DNA of 64,000 nt, taken from positions 64,001 through 128,000 of the forward strand of contig JBDHAB010000003.1 of assembly GCA_039588295.1 (NCBI GenBank), written 5' to 3'. Position numbers and translations under genes: made by a program. The notes under the pieces are model-generated. The model saw nothing but the letters and a program-made list of their open reading frames with translations, was not told the DNA's origin and did not search any database. Origin of the DNA: Gemmatimonadota bacterium (lineage in GTDB: Bacteria; Gemmatimonadota; Gemmatimonadetes; Gemmatimonadales; GWC2-71-9). Below are positions 31,312 through 40,356 of this stretch, piece by piece (position 1 is the first letter of the stretch; each line of letters begins with the position of its first letter).

Positions 31312-32582
31312 AAGAAATCCCACACCAAATACGCCATCGTCCGGATTCCCACAGGGATCGCGCTGTCGTCCGCCTGGAAGGTCGGCGTGTGGTGGTTGCC
31401 CGATGTGGTACCGGGTTTGAGCGTCCCGAGACGGTAGTACAGTCCCGGTACCTCGTTGGCGAAATACGAAAAGTCTTCAGCGACCGTGGCAGGGTCGAAC
31501 TCAAGCACGTTCTCCTCGCCCACGGCCCGCGCGAAGGTGGAGAGCATCCGCTCCGTGAGCGCCACGTCATTGATCGTAACCGGAATACCGCGTTCGTACT
31601 CCATCGCATAACTTCCGCCTCCGGCCGCCGTGATACCCCCGAGAATCTCACGCATGCGCCGCTCGATGAGATCCTGCGCCTCGGTGCTGTACGTGCGCAC
31701 GGTGCCTTGCAGCTCGACCTCCTCGGGAATGATGTTCCAGCGCGTGCCTCCGCGGATGAGTCCCACGCTCACGACGGCCGGCTCCATCGGCGGAAGATTG
31801 CGTGAGCGGATAGTCTGGAGCGCTTGGACCGCCTGTGCGGCCATCACGATCGGGTCGGCACTCAGGTGCGGTGAGGCGCCGTGCGCACCGGTTCCTTTGA
31901 CCGTGATCGTGAAGTGATCGGCGGCTGCGAGCGCCGGCCCAGGTGTGAAGGCCAGTTTACCGACTTCTAAGTTCCACGTGGTGTGCAAGCCGAAGATCGC
32001 TTCGGGGTTGTATGCTGTAAGGATGCCCTGCTTCACCATCAGTGCCGCTCCACCTTCCTCGCCTGGAGGCGCCCCTTCTTCGGCGGGTTGGAAGATGAAC
32101 ACCACAGTGCCCGGTACGTCCGTCTTCATCGACGCCAGCACCGACGCCACCCCGAGCTGGATCGCGGTATGCACGTCGTGGCCGCAGGCGTGAGAGACAC
32201 CGACCTCCTGCCCGAGATAGGTGGTGCGCTCGGTGGACTTGAAGGGGTACGGTGTGTCTTCGGTGACGGGGAGTGCGTCCATGTCCGCGCGAATGGCCAC
32301 AACCCTCCCTGGTTGCCCGCCCCTGAGGATCCCGATGACGCCGGTATGAGCGACTCCAGTGCGAACCTCGTCGAACCCGAGCGCCCGAAGCCGCTCAGCG
32401 ACCAACCGTGCGGTCTCGAACTCCCGGTTGCCGAGTTCGGGGTGCTGATGGAGGTGATGGCGGATTCGTACCATCTCGGAGGTCACCTCTTGCACCGCCG
32501 CGTCGATTCTGTCGTATTGCGTGTGTGCGGGTGGCGCAGCGAGAAGGACGAGGGCGGCAACAACGACAAGAGTTCGGATCAT
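31299..32582 (-). CDS. M20D family amidohydrolase with signal peptide
   Basis: RHHLHQHPELG, RADMDALP, HACGHDVH, FQPAEEG, AEDFS, HHTP. ATG 32582 begins a signal peptide. Confidence 0.92.
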   Translation of the reverse strand: MIRTLVVVAALVLLAAPPAHTQYDRIDAAVQEVTSEMVRIRHHLHQHPELGNREFETARLVAERLRALGFDEVRTGVAHTGVIGILRGGQPGRVVAIRADMDALPVTEDTPYPFKSTERTTYLGQEVGVSHACGHDVHTAIQLGVASVLASMKTDVPGTVVFIFQPAEEGAPPGEEGGAALMVKQGILTAYNPEAIFGLHTTWNLEVGKLAFTPGPALAAADHFTITVKGTGAHGASPHLSADPIVMAAQAVQALQTIRSRNLPPMEPAVVSVGLIRGGTRWNIIPEEVELQGTVRTYSTEAQDLIERRMREILGGITAAGGGSYAMEYERGIPVTINDVALTERMLSTFARAVGEENVLEFDPATVAEDFSYFANEVPGLYYRLGTLKPGTTSGNHHTPTFQADDSAIPVGIRTMAYLVWDFLGGR

Positions 32583-32711
32583 GGCAACGGTTAGGAGTGC
32601 GGGGGATCGGAGGTGTGCGTGGCAGCAAGTGAGGAAACTAGAGTATGCGGCACGGTCTGCGCTAGACCGGTGCCGCACGCGGCAACACTTTGGCTCTCGT
32701 GGAGGGCTCAG

Positions 32712-33176
32712 ATGAATCGTCTGATCACAGGACTCTTGATGATCGTGATCGGCGCGTGCTACGCGGGTAACGAGCGCGCCGCAATGGAGGAGATCTTGGC
32801 TGCCGACCGAGCGTTTGCACAGGCCACGGCGGAAGGCGGAGTTGAGGGGTGGATATCGTACTTCGCCGATGACGGTGTCATGATCTCGGGAGGTGGAGAG
32901 GTCGCGGGCGGGCAAGCGGTACGGGAGCTCATGAGCCCGGCGTTTGCCGATTCGAGCTTCAGTCTCACCTGGGAACCCATACGTGGGGAGGTGTCGGCAG
33001 CAAATGATCTGGGATACACGATCGGGCGCTACGAGAGTCGCCGCGTGGGTGACGCTGGAGATACCACGGTCGAGAAAGGACTGTACGTGACGATTTGGCG
33101 GAAGCAGGTGGATGGGAGCTGGCGCGTGGCTCTGGATATCGGAGACTGCGAGGAGGCGGCGCCCTCGGGCAGCTAG
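32712..33176 (+). CDS. DUF4440 / NTF2-like (SnoaL-like) putative lipoprotein
   Basis: GGAGG RBS; IGA|C lipobox; DLGYTIGRY...KGLYVTIWRKQVDGSWRVALD. Confidence 0.85.
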   Translation: MNRLITGLLMIVIGACYAGNERAAMEEILAADRAFAQATAEGGVEGWISYFADDGVMISGGGEVAGGQAVRELMSPAFADSSFSLTWEPIRGEVSAANDLGYTIGRYESRRVGDAGDTTVEKGLYVTIWRKQVDGSWRVALDIGDCEEAAPSGS

Positions 33177-33193
33177 CTTCGGAGGATTCCGCT

Positions 33194-34318
33194 GTGCTGA
33201 TGTCTGTGACGGGTCGCTGTTCACTCTGGCACGTCCGAGCCGCACGAGCCTGCGGCGTCGCGGCGGTCCTGTCGATCTGCGCCGCCGCCCCCTCCCGCGG
33301 ACAACTCGTGCGCGGTGAGGTGGCGGAAGTGTTGAACGCGCGACCGGTGGGGTCGGCGTTCGTTCTCCTGATCGACGACGCTGGAGGCGAACGCGCGCGT
33401 ACGATGACGGATGCATTGGGCCGGTTCACCATCCGTGCTCCCGACCCTGGGCGCTATCGGCTTCGTACTCTCGTGGTGGGATACCAACGATGGACCTCCG
33501 AGCCGTTCATGCTCGGCCGCGGAGAGACCAAGGTCGATCGAATCGAATTAGATCTCGTGCGCGCGGCGCTCCCCGTGTTTGTGGTGGAGGCGGAGCAGAT
33601 CTGTCGCAAGCGACCCGGGGAAGGCCCGGCAACGGCCGCGCTGTGGGAAGAGATCAAGAACGCCTTGGCCGCGACCGAGTGGGCGATCAATCGACGAGAT
33701 TACCGCTTCATCACCATGACGGCTGAGCGCTCCCTGGATCGCCATCTCGTGGTGTCAGAAGAGATGGAACAGACCAGCACCGCGTTCAGCTACTGGCCGT
33801 TCGTCAGTCTGCCACCGGAGCAACTTGCCGAGCGCGGTTTCGTTCAGGACGCCATCGGTGGTCCCGTGTACTACGGTCCGGACGCTCGAGTGTTGGTTTC
33901 CGATGCTTTCCTCGATCAGCATTGTTTTCGTGTGCGCCGCAAGCGTGATCAGGGAGTGTCATTAGTCGGCCTGGCGTTCGAGCCGGTCGATCGTCGCCGG
34001 GTTCCCGACATTGAGGGGGTGCTGTGGGTCGACTCGGCGACCGTAGAGCTTCGCCTGCTGGAGTACCGCTATACCGGGCTGCCGCGGTGGGCTCCCGAAT
34101 CCCGGGTCGGCGGCTCCATTGAGTTCGCGCAGCTCGAGACCGGCGCGTGGTTCATCCGGCGCTGGCGATTACGCGCGCCGGTCCCGCAGGTGTTCCCGGG
34201 GCGGCGCGATACGCTGCTGTACGGCTTCAAGGAGAAGACGGGCGACGTCGTCGAGGTAATGACGGCGACCGGTACGTCGCTGATTCGATTCGAATCGGAG
34301 GCACATCGGCCGCGCTAG
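33194..34318 (+). CDS. Secreted protein with carboxypeptidase regulatory-like domain
   Basis: GGAGG RBS; signal peptide; VRGEV...TDALGRFTIRAPDPGRYRL; FLDQHCF. Confidence 0.75.
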   Translation: MLMSVTGRCSLWHVRAARACGVAAVLSICAAAPSRGQLVRGEVAEVLNARPVGSAFVLLIDDAGGERARTMTDALGRFTIRAPDPGRYRLRTLVVGYQRWTSEPFMLGRGETKVDRIELDLVRAALPVFVVEAEQICRKRPGEGPATAALWEEIKNALAATEWAINRRDYRFITMTAERSLDRHLVVSEEMEQTSTAFSYWPFVSLPPEQLAERGFVQDAIGGPVYYGPDARVLVSDAFLDQHCFRVRRKRDQGVSLVGLAFEPVDRRRVPDIEGVLWVDSATVELRLLEYRYTGLPRWAPESRVGGSIEFAQLETGAWFIRRWRLRAPVPQVFPGRRDTLLYGFKEKTGDVVEVMTATGTSLIRFESEAHRPR

Positions 34319-35325
34319 CGTCGGGGGGGTACGAGCCCGTTGTCCACGAACCAGCGCACGGTTCGACGGAGCGCCTCTTGAGGTTGGACGGACGGCTGCC
34401 ACCCCAACTCCCGGATTGCCCGTTCCGAGCTGTAGGGGTTCTCGCGAGCGAGAAAGCGGCCACTCGACGATCCCAATCCCGTGTAGTGTCCTGGTCGCGC
34501 GAGGCGGTACAGGCGGTGCCACAGCGAACCGGCCGCCACGGCGACTGAAAGCGGTACCCGCAGGAACCGCATCCGTGTTCCAAGTGCCGCACCGGCGATC
34601 TCGAAAAACTCCCTCTGCGTCAGTCGACCGTCGTTCGTGACGTTGAACGGGCCCGTGACGTCCGGGCGCTCGAGAGCGGCAAGAACGGCCTGCGCCACGT
34701 TGCCTGCGTATACCACGGCCAGCCCGTTGTCGCCCCTGCCGACCAACGGTGCCACTCCGTAGCGGAGGACTCCAAGCAGCCGAGCGAGGAACAGGCGCTC
34801 CCCCTCGCCGTAGATCACGCACGGTCGAAGCGCGACGCTGGCGGCAGCTCGGATGGACGCTGTTTCCCACACGGTCTCCTCCGCCATGCGTTTGGACCGA
34901 GCGTAGTAGTCCGCATCGGCAATTGGAGCGGGTGGTGTGTCTTCCACGACAGGATGCCCGCGCTCCGCACTGGGCCGCCGTCCGTACACCGCCACCGAGG
35001 AGATGTGAACGAACCGCGCTCCGGTGCGTGCGGCCATAGTCGCGGCAAGACGCGTCCCCTGTACGTTGACCTGCCAGTAGGTGTCCCAGTTCGTCGCCGC
35101 TGTCACGAGCGCTGCGGCATGAACGATTGCCTCGGCATGTGGCGCAGCGTTCCAGCTCTCCTCGACCTCGACGCGACCCCGAACGGCGCCGGCGCCGAGA
35201 CGTTCGACGAATCGTACCCCCTCAGGTGAACGGACGAGCGCGTGGACCTCGTGACCGGATTCGACGAGCTGTCCGATGGTGTGACGACCGACCAGCCCCG
35301 TACCTCCGGTTACCAGGACTTTCAT
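34315..35325 (-). CDS. NAD-dependent epimerase/dehydratase (extended SDR)
   Basis: MKVLVTGGTGLVG, HISSVAVYG, YARSK, LRPCVIYG. ATGA overlap. Confidence 0.9.
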   Translation of the reverse strand: MKVLVTGGTGLVGRHTIGQLVESGHEVHALVRSPEGVRFVERLGAGAVRGRVEVEESWNAAPHAEAIVHAAALVTAATNWDTYWQVNVQGTRLAATMAARTGARFVHISSVAVYGRRPSAERGHPVVEDTPPAPIADADYYARSKRMAEETVWETASIRAAASVALRPCVIYGEGERLFLARLLGVLRYGVAPLVGRGDNGLAVVYAGNVAQAVLAALERPDVTGPFNVTNDGRLTQREFFEIAGAALGTRMRFLRVPLSVAVAAGSLWHRLYRLARPGHYTGLGSSSGRFLARENPYSSERAIRELGWQPSVQPQEALRRTVRWFVDNGLVPPRR

Positions 35326-36515
35326 AGAGCCAGCGCCACGGCGCGTGCGCCGAGAACGATGCACAGGACGGCCACCAAGACGCCCACGAGGTTCGCCCAC
35401 CATGAGTTGACGTGTTCTCCCAACCGACTTCGGTCGTTCATGGCGATCAGCAATACGATTGCTACGATGGGAAGGGCGAGACCGTTGACTATTTGCGCGA
35501 AGAAGATGAGTGGCACGGGCCGGACGCTCGTGAGTGCCGCGATGGCACCGACTCCCACCGCGGCCAGCCACGCGGTGCGGGCCACCGGCGTGCGGACATC
35601 GCGGCCGCGGCCCAATGCATCGAGCAGCGTATAGGCGGCTGCCAAGGGAGCGGTAATCGCCGAGGACACGCCGGCGGCGGCGTATCCCAAGGCGAAGGCC
35701 TGACTCGCCCAGCCGCCGAGTATCGGAGTGAGTTGCGCCGCCATGTCCGATGTAGAATGCACGTCGGCGCCGTCGAGCGCTGCCGCCGCTGTCACCACGA
35801 CCGCCGCAGAGACGAGTCCGCCCACCCCGATGGCGATGGCAAGGTCCAGTCGGACTGCCGGCAGGTCCGCAGCACTCGACCATCGCTCGCGTACCACCGC
35901 GGCGTGGAGGAAGAGGTTGTAGGGCACAATCGTGGTGCCGATGAGCGCTAGTGCCGTGAGTTCTCCACCGGTAGGAATGCGGGGCGCGAACGTGCCACGC
36001 ACCAGGGATCCCAGGTGCGGGGTGACCAGGATTGCGGTTGCAATGAATACGAGCCCCATGAGCGCAACGCAGCCGGCCAGCACGCGCTCCAGCCAACGAT
36101 ACCGACCCGACCACAAGAGGAGTCCCGCCAACGCTGCGCCGATACCCACCCATCCGCGAAGTGGCATGCCGGTGATGGACTCGAGCCCCAGTGCAGCCCC
36201 CGTGAGATTGCCCGCTTCGTAGGCCGCCGCGCCGCTCAGCACGGCTGCGGTCGCCAGCGTGACGAGCGCCATGCCGATCCAGCGCGGTCCTCGTACGGCA
36301 CGAAGTGCCTGGCCGAGTCCAGCGCCCGTGGTGAGTCCGAGCCGGGCGCTCATTTCCTGTAGAACGATCGTGGCCACGGTGGCGAAGAGGAGCGCCCAGA
36401 GGAGCGTCACACCGTATCGAGCGCCTGCGAGCGTTGCGGTGGTAACGGTGCCGGGACCGATGAACGCCGCGGCCACAACGGCGCCCGGTCCCACCCCGCG
36501 CCAACGTGAGTTCAC
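35322..36515 (-). CDS. NRAMP-superfamily transporter (YcsG-like, GPGT variant)
   Basis: GPGAVVAAAFIGPGTVTT, LQEMSARLG, GTTIVPYNLFLH. GTG 36515 overlaps the ygfZ stop. Confidence 0.85.
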   Translation of the reverse strand: MNSRWRGVGPGAVVAAAFIGPGTVTTATLAGARYGVTLLWALLFATVATIVLQEMSARLGLTTGAGLGQALRAVRGPRWIGMALVTLATAAVLSGAAAYEAGNLTGAALGLESITGMPLRGWVGIGAALAGLLLWSGRYRWLERVLAGCVALMGLVFIATAILVTPHLGSLVRGTFAPRIPTGGELTALALIGTTIVPYNLFLHAAVVRERWSSAADLPAVRLDLAIAIGVGGLVSAAVVVTAAAALDGADVHSTSDMAAQLTPILGGWASQAFALGYAAAGVSSAITAPLAAAYTLLDALGRGRDVRTPVARTAWLAAVGVGAIAALTSVRPVPLIFFAQIVNGLALPIVAIVLLIAMNDRSRLGEHVNSWWANLVGVLVAVLCIVLGARAVALAL

Positions 36516-37525
36516 TCGAGGACGAACGGCAGTGGAACGGCGGAGGCCCGCGAACCAGCCGCGTCCAATGCGGTCCCCGGCTCGATCTCGCGGCGGATGA
36601 GTCCGAGGCCGATGTAGCGGTCGATCCGATTGAGCCACGCCATGCTCGTCACCCGCCCAACGGTCTTGCCATCATGGACGACGTCGGAAACGGTCGGGCT
36701 TGGAACGCTCTCCCACATCAGTCCTGAGAGCCACCGGTTGGCATGCCCTCGAAAATGGACCCGGGCGACGGTCTCCTGTCCCGTGTAGCAGCCCTTCTGG
36801 TGGGATACGCCGTCGATGTCGTCGAAGCGGACTTCCTGCGGCAAAGTCTTCGGTCCGATTTCAGCTCCGACCAGCGGCCATCCGGCGAGTATCCGCGCGA
36901 GCTCGAGTGACTTGGGACTACCCCGTATGATGCCGGCGTCATCGAGCATCGCCAGCACATGGTCCGCCTCTTCTCGATCGCACACGAGTTGAAGCGCGAA
37001 CGGTTGGCCGAGACCCGGGCGGCCGGCAGTATAGTCGGTGCCGTCGAGGGTTCCCTCTGCGACGTGCCCCGGATCCGGGAGCTCGACGCCGGCATCGGAC
37101 GCTCGACGTAGTGATTCGGGGCCAACGAGCCGGAGCGTTGCCAAATCCGAAGACCGATCGATGGTGCGAGCCAACCGTGGCGGAAGCGTGCGCTTGAAGA
37201 CCTGCGCGAGGGGGTCGATAGCGTTCCTTGGGGTGTACAGCATGAGCTCGGCACCGGCCCGCGCCACCCAGAGGTCGGCAATGATCATGCCTTTCGGGGT
37301 AAGCACGGCGCCGTAGATGAAACCGTGCGGGCCGGCCGTCTCGACATCGTTGGTCACCAGTCCCTGGATACACTGCACAGCACCGTTCCCGGTGACTGCG
37401 GTCACGGCGGTGTCGGATGTCGAGACAACCGCGCCGTGCGACACGGCGTCAGCCTCACCGGCGGGGATGTCCTTTGCAGTGAATCGGACGAGTCGAGGCA
37501 TATCAGGCGTGAGATCAGTGTCCAT
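36512..37525 (-). CDS. ygfZ: Folate-binding YgfZ/GcvT family protein
   Basis: Signature KGCYTGQETVAR; QGLVTND; LTPKG. Start ATG 37525. Confidence 0.9.
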   Translation of the reverse strand: MDTDLTPDMPRLVRFTAKDIPAGEADAVSHGAVVSTSDTAVTAVTGNGAVQCIQGLVTNDVETAGPHGFIYGAVLTPKGMIIADLWVARAGAELMLYTPRNAIDPLAQVFKRTLPPRLARTIDRSSDLATLRLVGPESLRRASDAGVELPDPGHVAEGTLDGTDYTAGRPGLGQPFALQLVCDREEADHVLAMLDDAGIIRGSPKSLELARILAGWPLVGAEIGPKTLPQEVRFDDIDGVSHQKGCYTGQETVARVHFRGHANRWLSGLMWESVPSPTVSDVVHDGKTVGRVTSMAWLNRIDRYIGLGLIRREIEPGTALDAAGSRASAVPLPFVLE

Positions 37526-38771
37526 AGAACCCCGCACGTTCGTATGACCGGTCCAGGAGTTCGACCGGATGGACCACGCCAATGTTCGATCCTCGAGCGC
37601 GGAGACCAGCTCCGATCTGCATCGCACATCCTGGATTGCCGGTGACGACGAGATCTGGAGAACTCGCGCAGATGGCGTCGACCTTCCGCTCCAGCACCTC
37701 GAGTGAGAGTTCGGGTTGCGCCAGTGAGTAACTGCCGGCGCTGCCACAACAGAGCTCGGCGTCCTCGTGCCACACGCGCTTGAGTTCCGGGATTGCTCCC
37801 AGCAGCTTTTCCGGGGCCGTCGAGACGCGCTGTGCGTGGAGAAGATGGCACGGCGGGTCATAGGCCACTCGCAGTGGCAGCGGGCCGCCGCGTCGTGGCC
37901 CGCAACTCGCGAGCAGCTCGCTGACATCGTGTACGCGGGCTGTGAACGCCATGAGTTCCCCGTGCGGGTGTTCGCCGTCCAAGACTCGATCGTATTCCTT
38001 GAGCAGCGCGCCGCAACCGGCCGCATCCACGGCGATCAGAGCCTCGTTCGGAGCAGCAGCGAAGGCGGCGAGGTTCTGCCTCGCCAATCGGCGGGCACCC
38101 CCGTCCTGTCCTGCGTGAACGTGCAGCGCACCGCAGCAACCTTGACCCGTGACCTTCACGGGCTCGTAGCCGTTGGCCCGCAGCACCCGCTCCGTGGCAG
38201 CGTGGACGTGTGAGAACAGCCCCTCCATGATGCAGCCGCCGAACAGCACCACCGGCGTGTCGATGCCCTGTGCGGTTGCGTCTCTTGCTCCGGCGGGGTT
38301 GCTGGTGTCGATCGGGCGCCACCGATACCGGGTGGCAACCAGCATTCCGAGGGCGAAGCGGAGCCGCCCGGCCCCGACGAGCGGTGCCGCGAGCGGACGG
38401 ATCATGCGAGCCAACGCCAGCAGTGGCCGTCTGAGCAATGGCTCGGCCATTACGGCGTGGATGAGCCGTACACTGGCGGGAATCGGCCGGAAACGCGCCA
38501 AGAGCTCGCGTGATGCTTCCAAAGCCGGGGCGTACTCGACGCCGGACGGACACACCGGCTCGCACGCGCGGCAGCCGAGGCAGCGATCCAAGTGCCAGGC
38601 GAGCGTTTCATCCTCGGTGGTGAGTCGTCCTTCGTGCAGACCTTTCATCAAGACGATTCGACCGCGCGGTCCGTCCGCTTCGTCCCCGGTGACGAGATAC
38701 GTCGGGCAACTCTGCAGGCAGAATCCGCAGTGCACACACGGGTCCAGCCCGGCGAGAGGTCGCGCGGTCAG
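37515..38771 (-). CDS. glcF: Glycolate oxidase iron-sulfur subunit (probable CTG start)
   Basis: CVHCGFCLQSCP, CLGCRACEPVCP, two CCG domains, NPGC. The first Cys lies upstream of the track's GTG start. Confidence 0.88.
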   Translation of the reverse strand: MTARPLAGLDPCVHCGFCLQSCPTYLVTGDEADGPRGRIVLMKGLHEGRLTTEDETLAWHLDRCLGCRACEPVCPSGVEYAPALEASRELLARFRPIPASVRLIHAVMAEPLLRRPLLALARMIRPLAAPLVGAGRLRFALGMLVATRYRWRPIDTSNPAGARDATAQGIDTPVVLFGGCIMEGLFSHVHAATERVLRANGYEPVKVTGQGCCGALHVHAGQDGGARRLARQNLAAFAAAPNEALIAVDAAGCGALLKEYDRVLDGEHPHGELMAFTARVHDVSELLASCGPRRGGPLPLRVAYDPPCHLLHAQRVSTAPEKLLGAIPELKRVWHEDAELCCGSAGSYSLAQPELSLEVLERKVDAICASSPDLVVTGNPGCAMQIGAGLRARGSNIGVVHPVELLDRSYERAGFYGH

Positions 38772-39988
38772 GGTCGCTCTCCCACCGCCGCACTCAAGAT
38801 CCCGGCGGGATCGAAGGTGTGCCGTAGCGCGCCAACGAGCCTGCCCACGCCTTCGCGGTAGGCGCCGAAGTGCCCGAGTGCGCTACGAATGGACCACGGT
38901 GCGCGCTCCAGCGTGAGGGGCATCTCCTGCTGTGCGGCGGTGTGGCGCAGAAGCCGGATTTCCTCCACGCTGCCGGTGCCGCTCCAGCGCACGATGCCCG
39001 GCACCACCGCGACGTCTACCGGGCCCTCGGGCAGATGGTGCGCGACGAGATCCAACGCACGATCCAATGACGTCGGTAACGTGGCGAGGCGGAGCGTGAC
39101 GGGATGGTCCGTGGCCGCGCCTTGCAGCGCCGACCAGTACCGGCTGGCCTCGGCACTGGGGAGCTCCGAGAGGGTCACGCTGGCCGCGCCACACGCGTCG
39201 TCTCGCGTTGCGGCAACTTCTGCATCTCCGCCCACCAGACGAACGGCCAAGTTCCATTCCCTGGCCGCCGCCGCCGTCGGTGAGAGGAGCTCCAGTGCCG
39301 CCGGAGTGATGCCTGCCGCCAGGATTTCCTGTGCGGCTCCGCAGAGCGTATCCCGCGATCCAGCGGCTCGCAGCGTCAGGTCAGAGCGAGGGACTGCCCG
39401 CAGTCGTAGCGTCACCGACGTAATGACGCCGAACGCCCCGAAGCTGCCGGCTATGAGCTTCGGCAGGTCAAAGCCGGCGACGTTCTTCACCACTCGCCCG
39501 CCGGATCGAATGATCCGTCCGTCACCGGTAACCACCGTAACGCCGAGCACGTGGTCGCGCACCGCGCCGAAACCACTTCGAAGCGGTCCGCTCGTGCCGG
39601 TTGCCACCACGGATCCAACGGATCGAATCGACCCGGGATGATCAATCGCGATCCACATGCCTTCGTCGGCCGCCGCGGTACGCAGATCATTCCACAGCAC
39701 TCCGGCCTCGGCTGAGACGACCAGATCCGCGGAGTTCACTTCGGAAACCCGGTCGAGCAGACGCGTGGTCACGGCTAGGTCCGCCGTGCCATCACCTGGC
39801 GCCCAGTGGCCCGTACCTTCTATCCGCACGCGCCAGCCCTGCTCCGCCGAGGTCTTCAGGAGAAGTGCGGTCGCGCCTTCGTTGCGCGGGGCAACTTGCA
39901 GTGCGCCCGCTTCGCTGCGCTCCAGCTCTGCTCCGGACCCGAGCAGCGTGCGGATTCTGCGCTCGATGTCTATCTGGGCTCCAGCCAT
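38768..39988 (-). CDS. glcE: Glycolate oxidase FAD-binding subunit
   Basis: RDHVLG, SGGRVVKNVAGFDLPKL, GSFGAFGVIT, FDPAGIL. Confidence 0.88.
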   Translation of the reverse strand: MAGAQIDIERRIRTLLGSGAELERSEAGALQVAPRNEGATALLLKTSAEQGWRVRIEGTGHWAPGDGTADLAVTTRLLDRVSEVNSADLVVSAEAGVLWNDLRTAAADEGMWIAIDHPGSIRSVGSVVATGTSGPLRSGFGAVRDHVLGVTVVTGDGRIIRSGGRVVKNVAGFDLPKLIAGSFGAFGVITSVTLRLRAVPRSDLTLRAAGSRDTLCGAAQEILAAGITPAALELLSPTAAAAREWNLAVRLVGGDAEVAATRDDACGAASVTLSELPSAEASRYWSALQGAATDHPVTLRLATLPTSLDRALDLVAHHLPEGPVDVAVVPGIVRWSGTGSVEEIRLLRHTAAQQEMPLTLERAPWSIRSALGHFGAYREGVGRLVGALRHTFDPAGILSAAVGERP

Positions 39989-40356
39989 GCCTGCGCCCGG
40001 CGTTGAGTCTCACTAACGAACACGCGTGCCTCTCGGACGTACGGTTCGGCGTCGGTTGCGCGCCACGGGCTCGTGAGCGCCTGTTGCACATCGAGCTCGC
40101 TGAGTGCGGCGAACAAGTCAGGGAACTCCTCTCGTATGCGACGGTGCATCTCGCCGGGCTGAATCGCCTGCTCCCAGGGCGGAGCATCGAGCCATACGCG
40201 AATCGTGGCAGCACCGACCACCGCCGGGTACGCTTCCTGGAGCGCGCGACTGCCATCGTCTGCTCCGAGGTGGCCGGCTGCGCGTTCAATTCGGTCCACG
40301 GCGCTGCCGAGCTGGTCGCGCATGGCCGTACGCCAGCGGGTCGGTACCGCCATCAC
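39970..40356 (-). CDS. Hypothetical alpha-helical protein (~128 aa) between glcD and glcE
   Basis: Fills the gap. GTGA overlap with the glcD stop; overlaps the glcE start. Confidence 0.65.
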   Translation of the reverse strand: MMAVPTRWRTAMRDQLGSAVDRIERAAGHLGADDGSRALQEAYPAVVGAATIRVWLDAPPWEQAIQPGEMHRRIREEFPDLFAALSELDVQQALTSPWRATDAEPYVREARVFVSETQRRAQAWLEPR

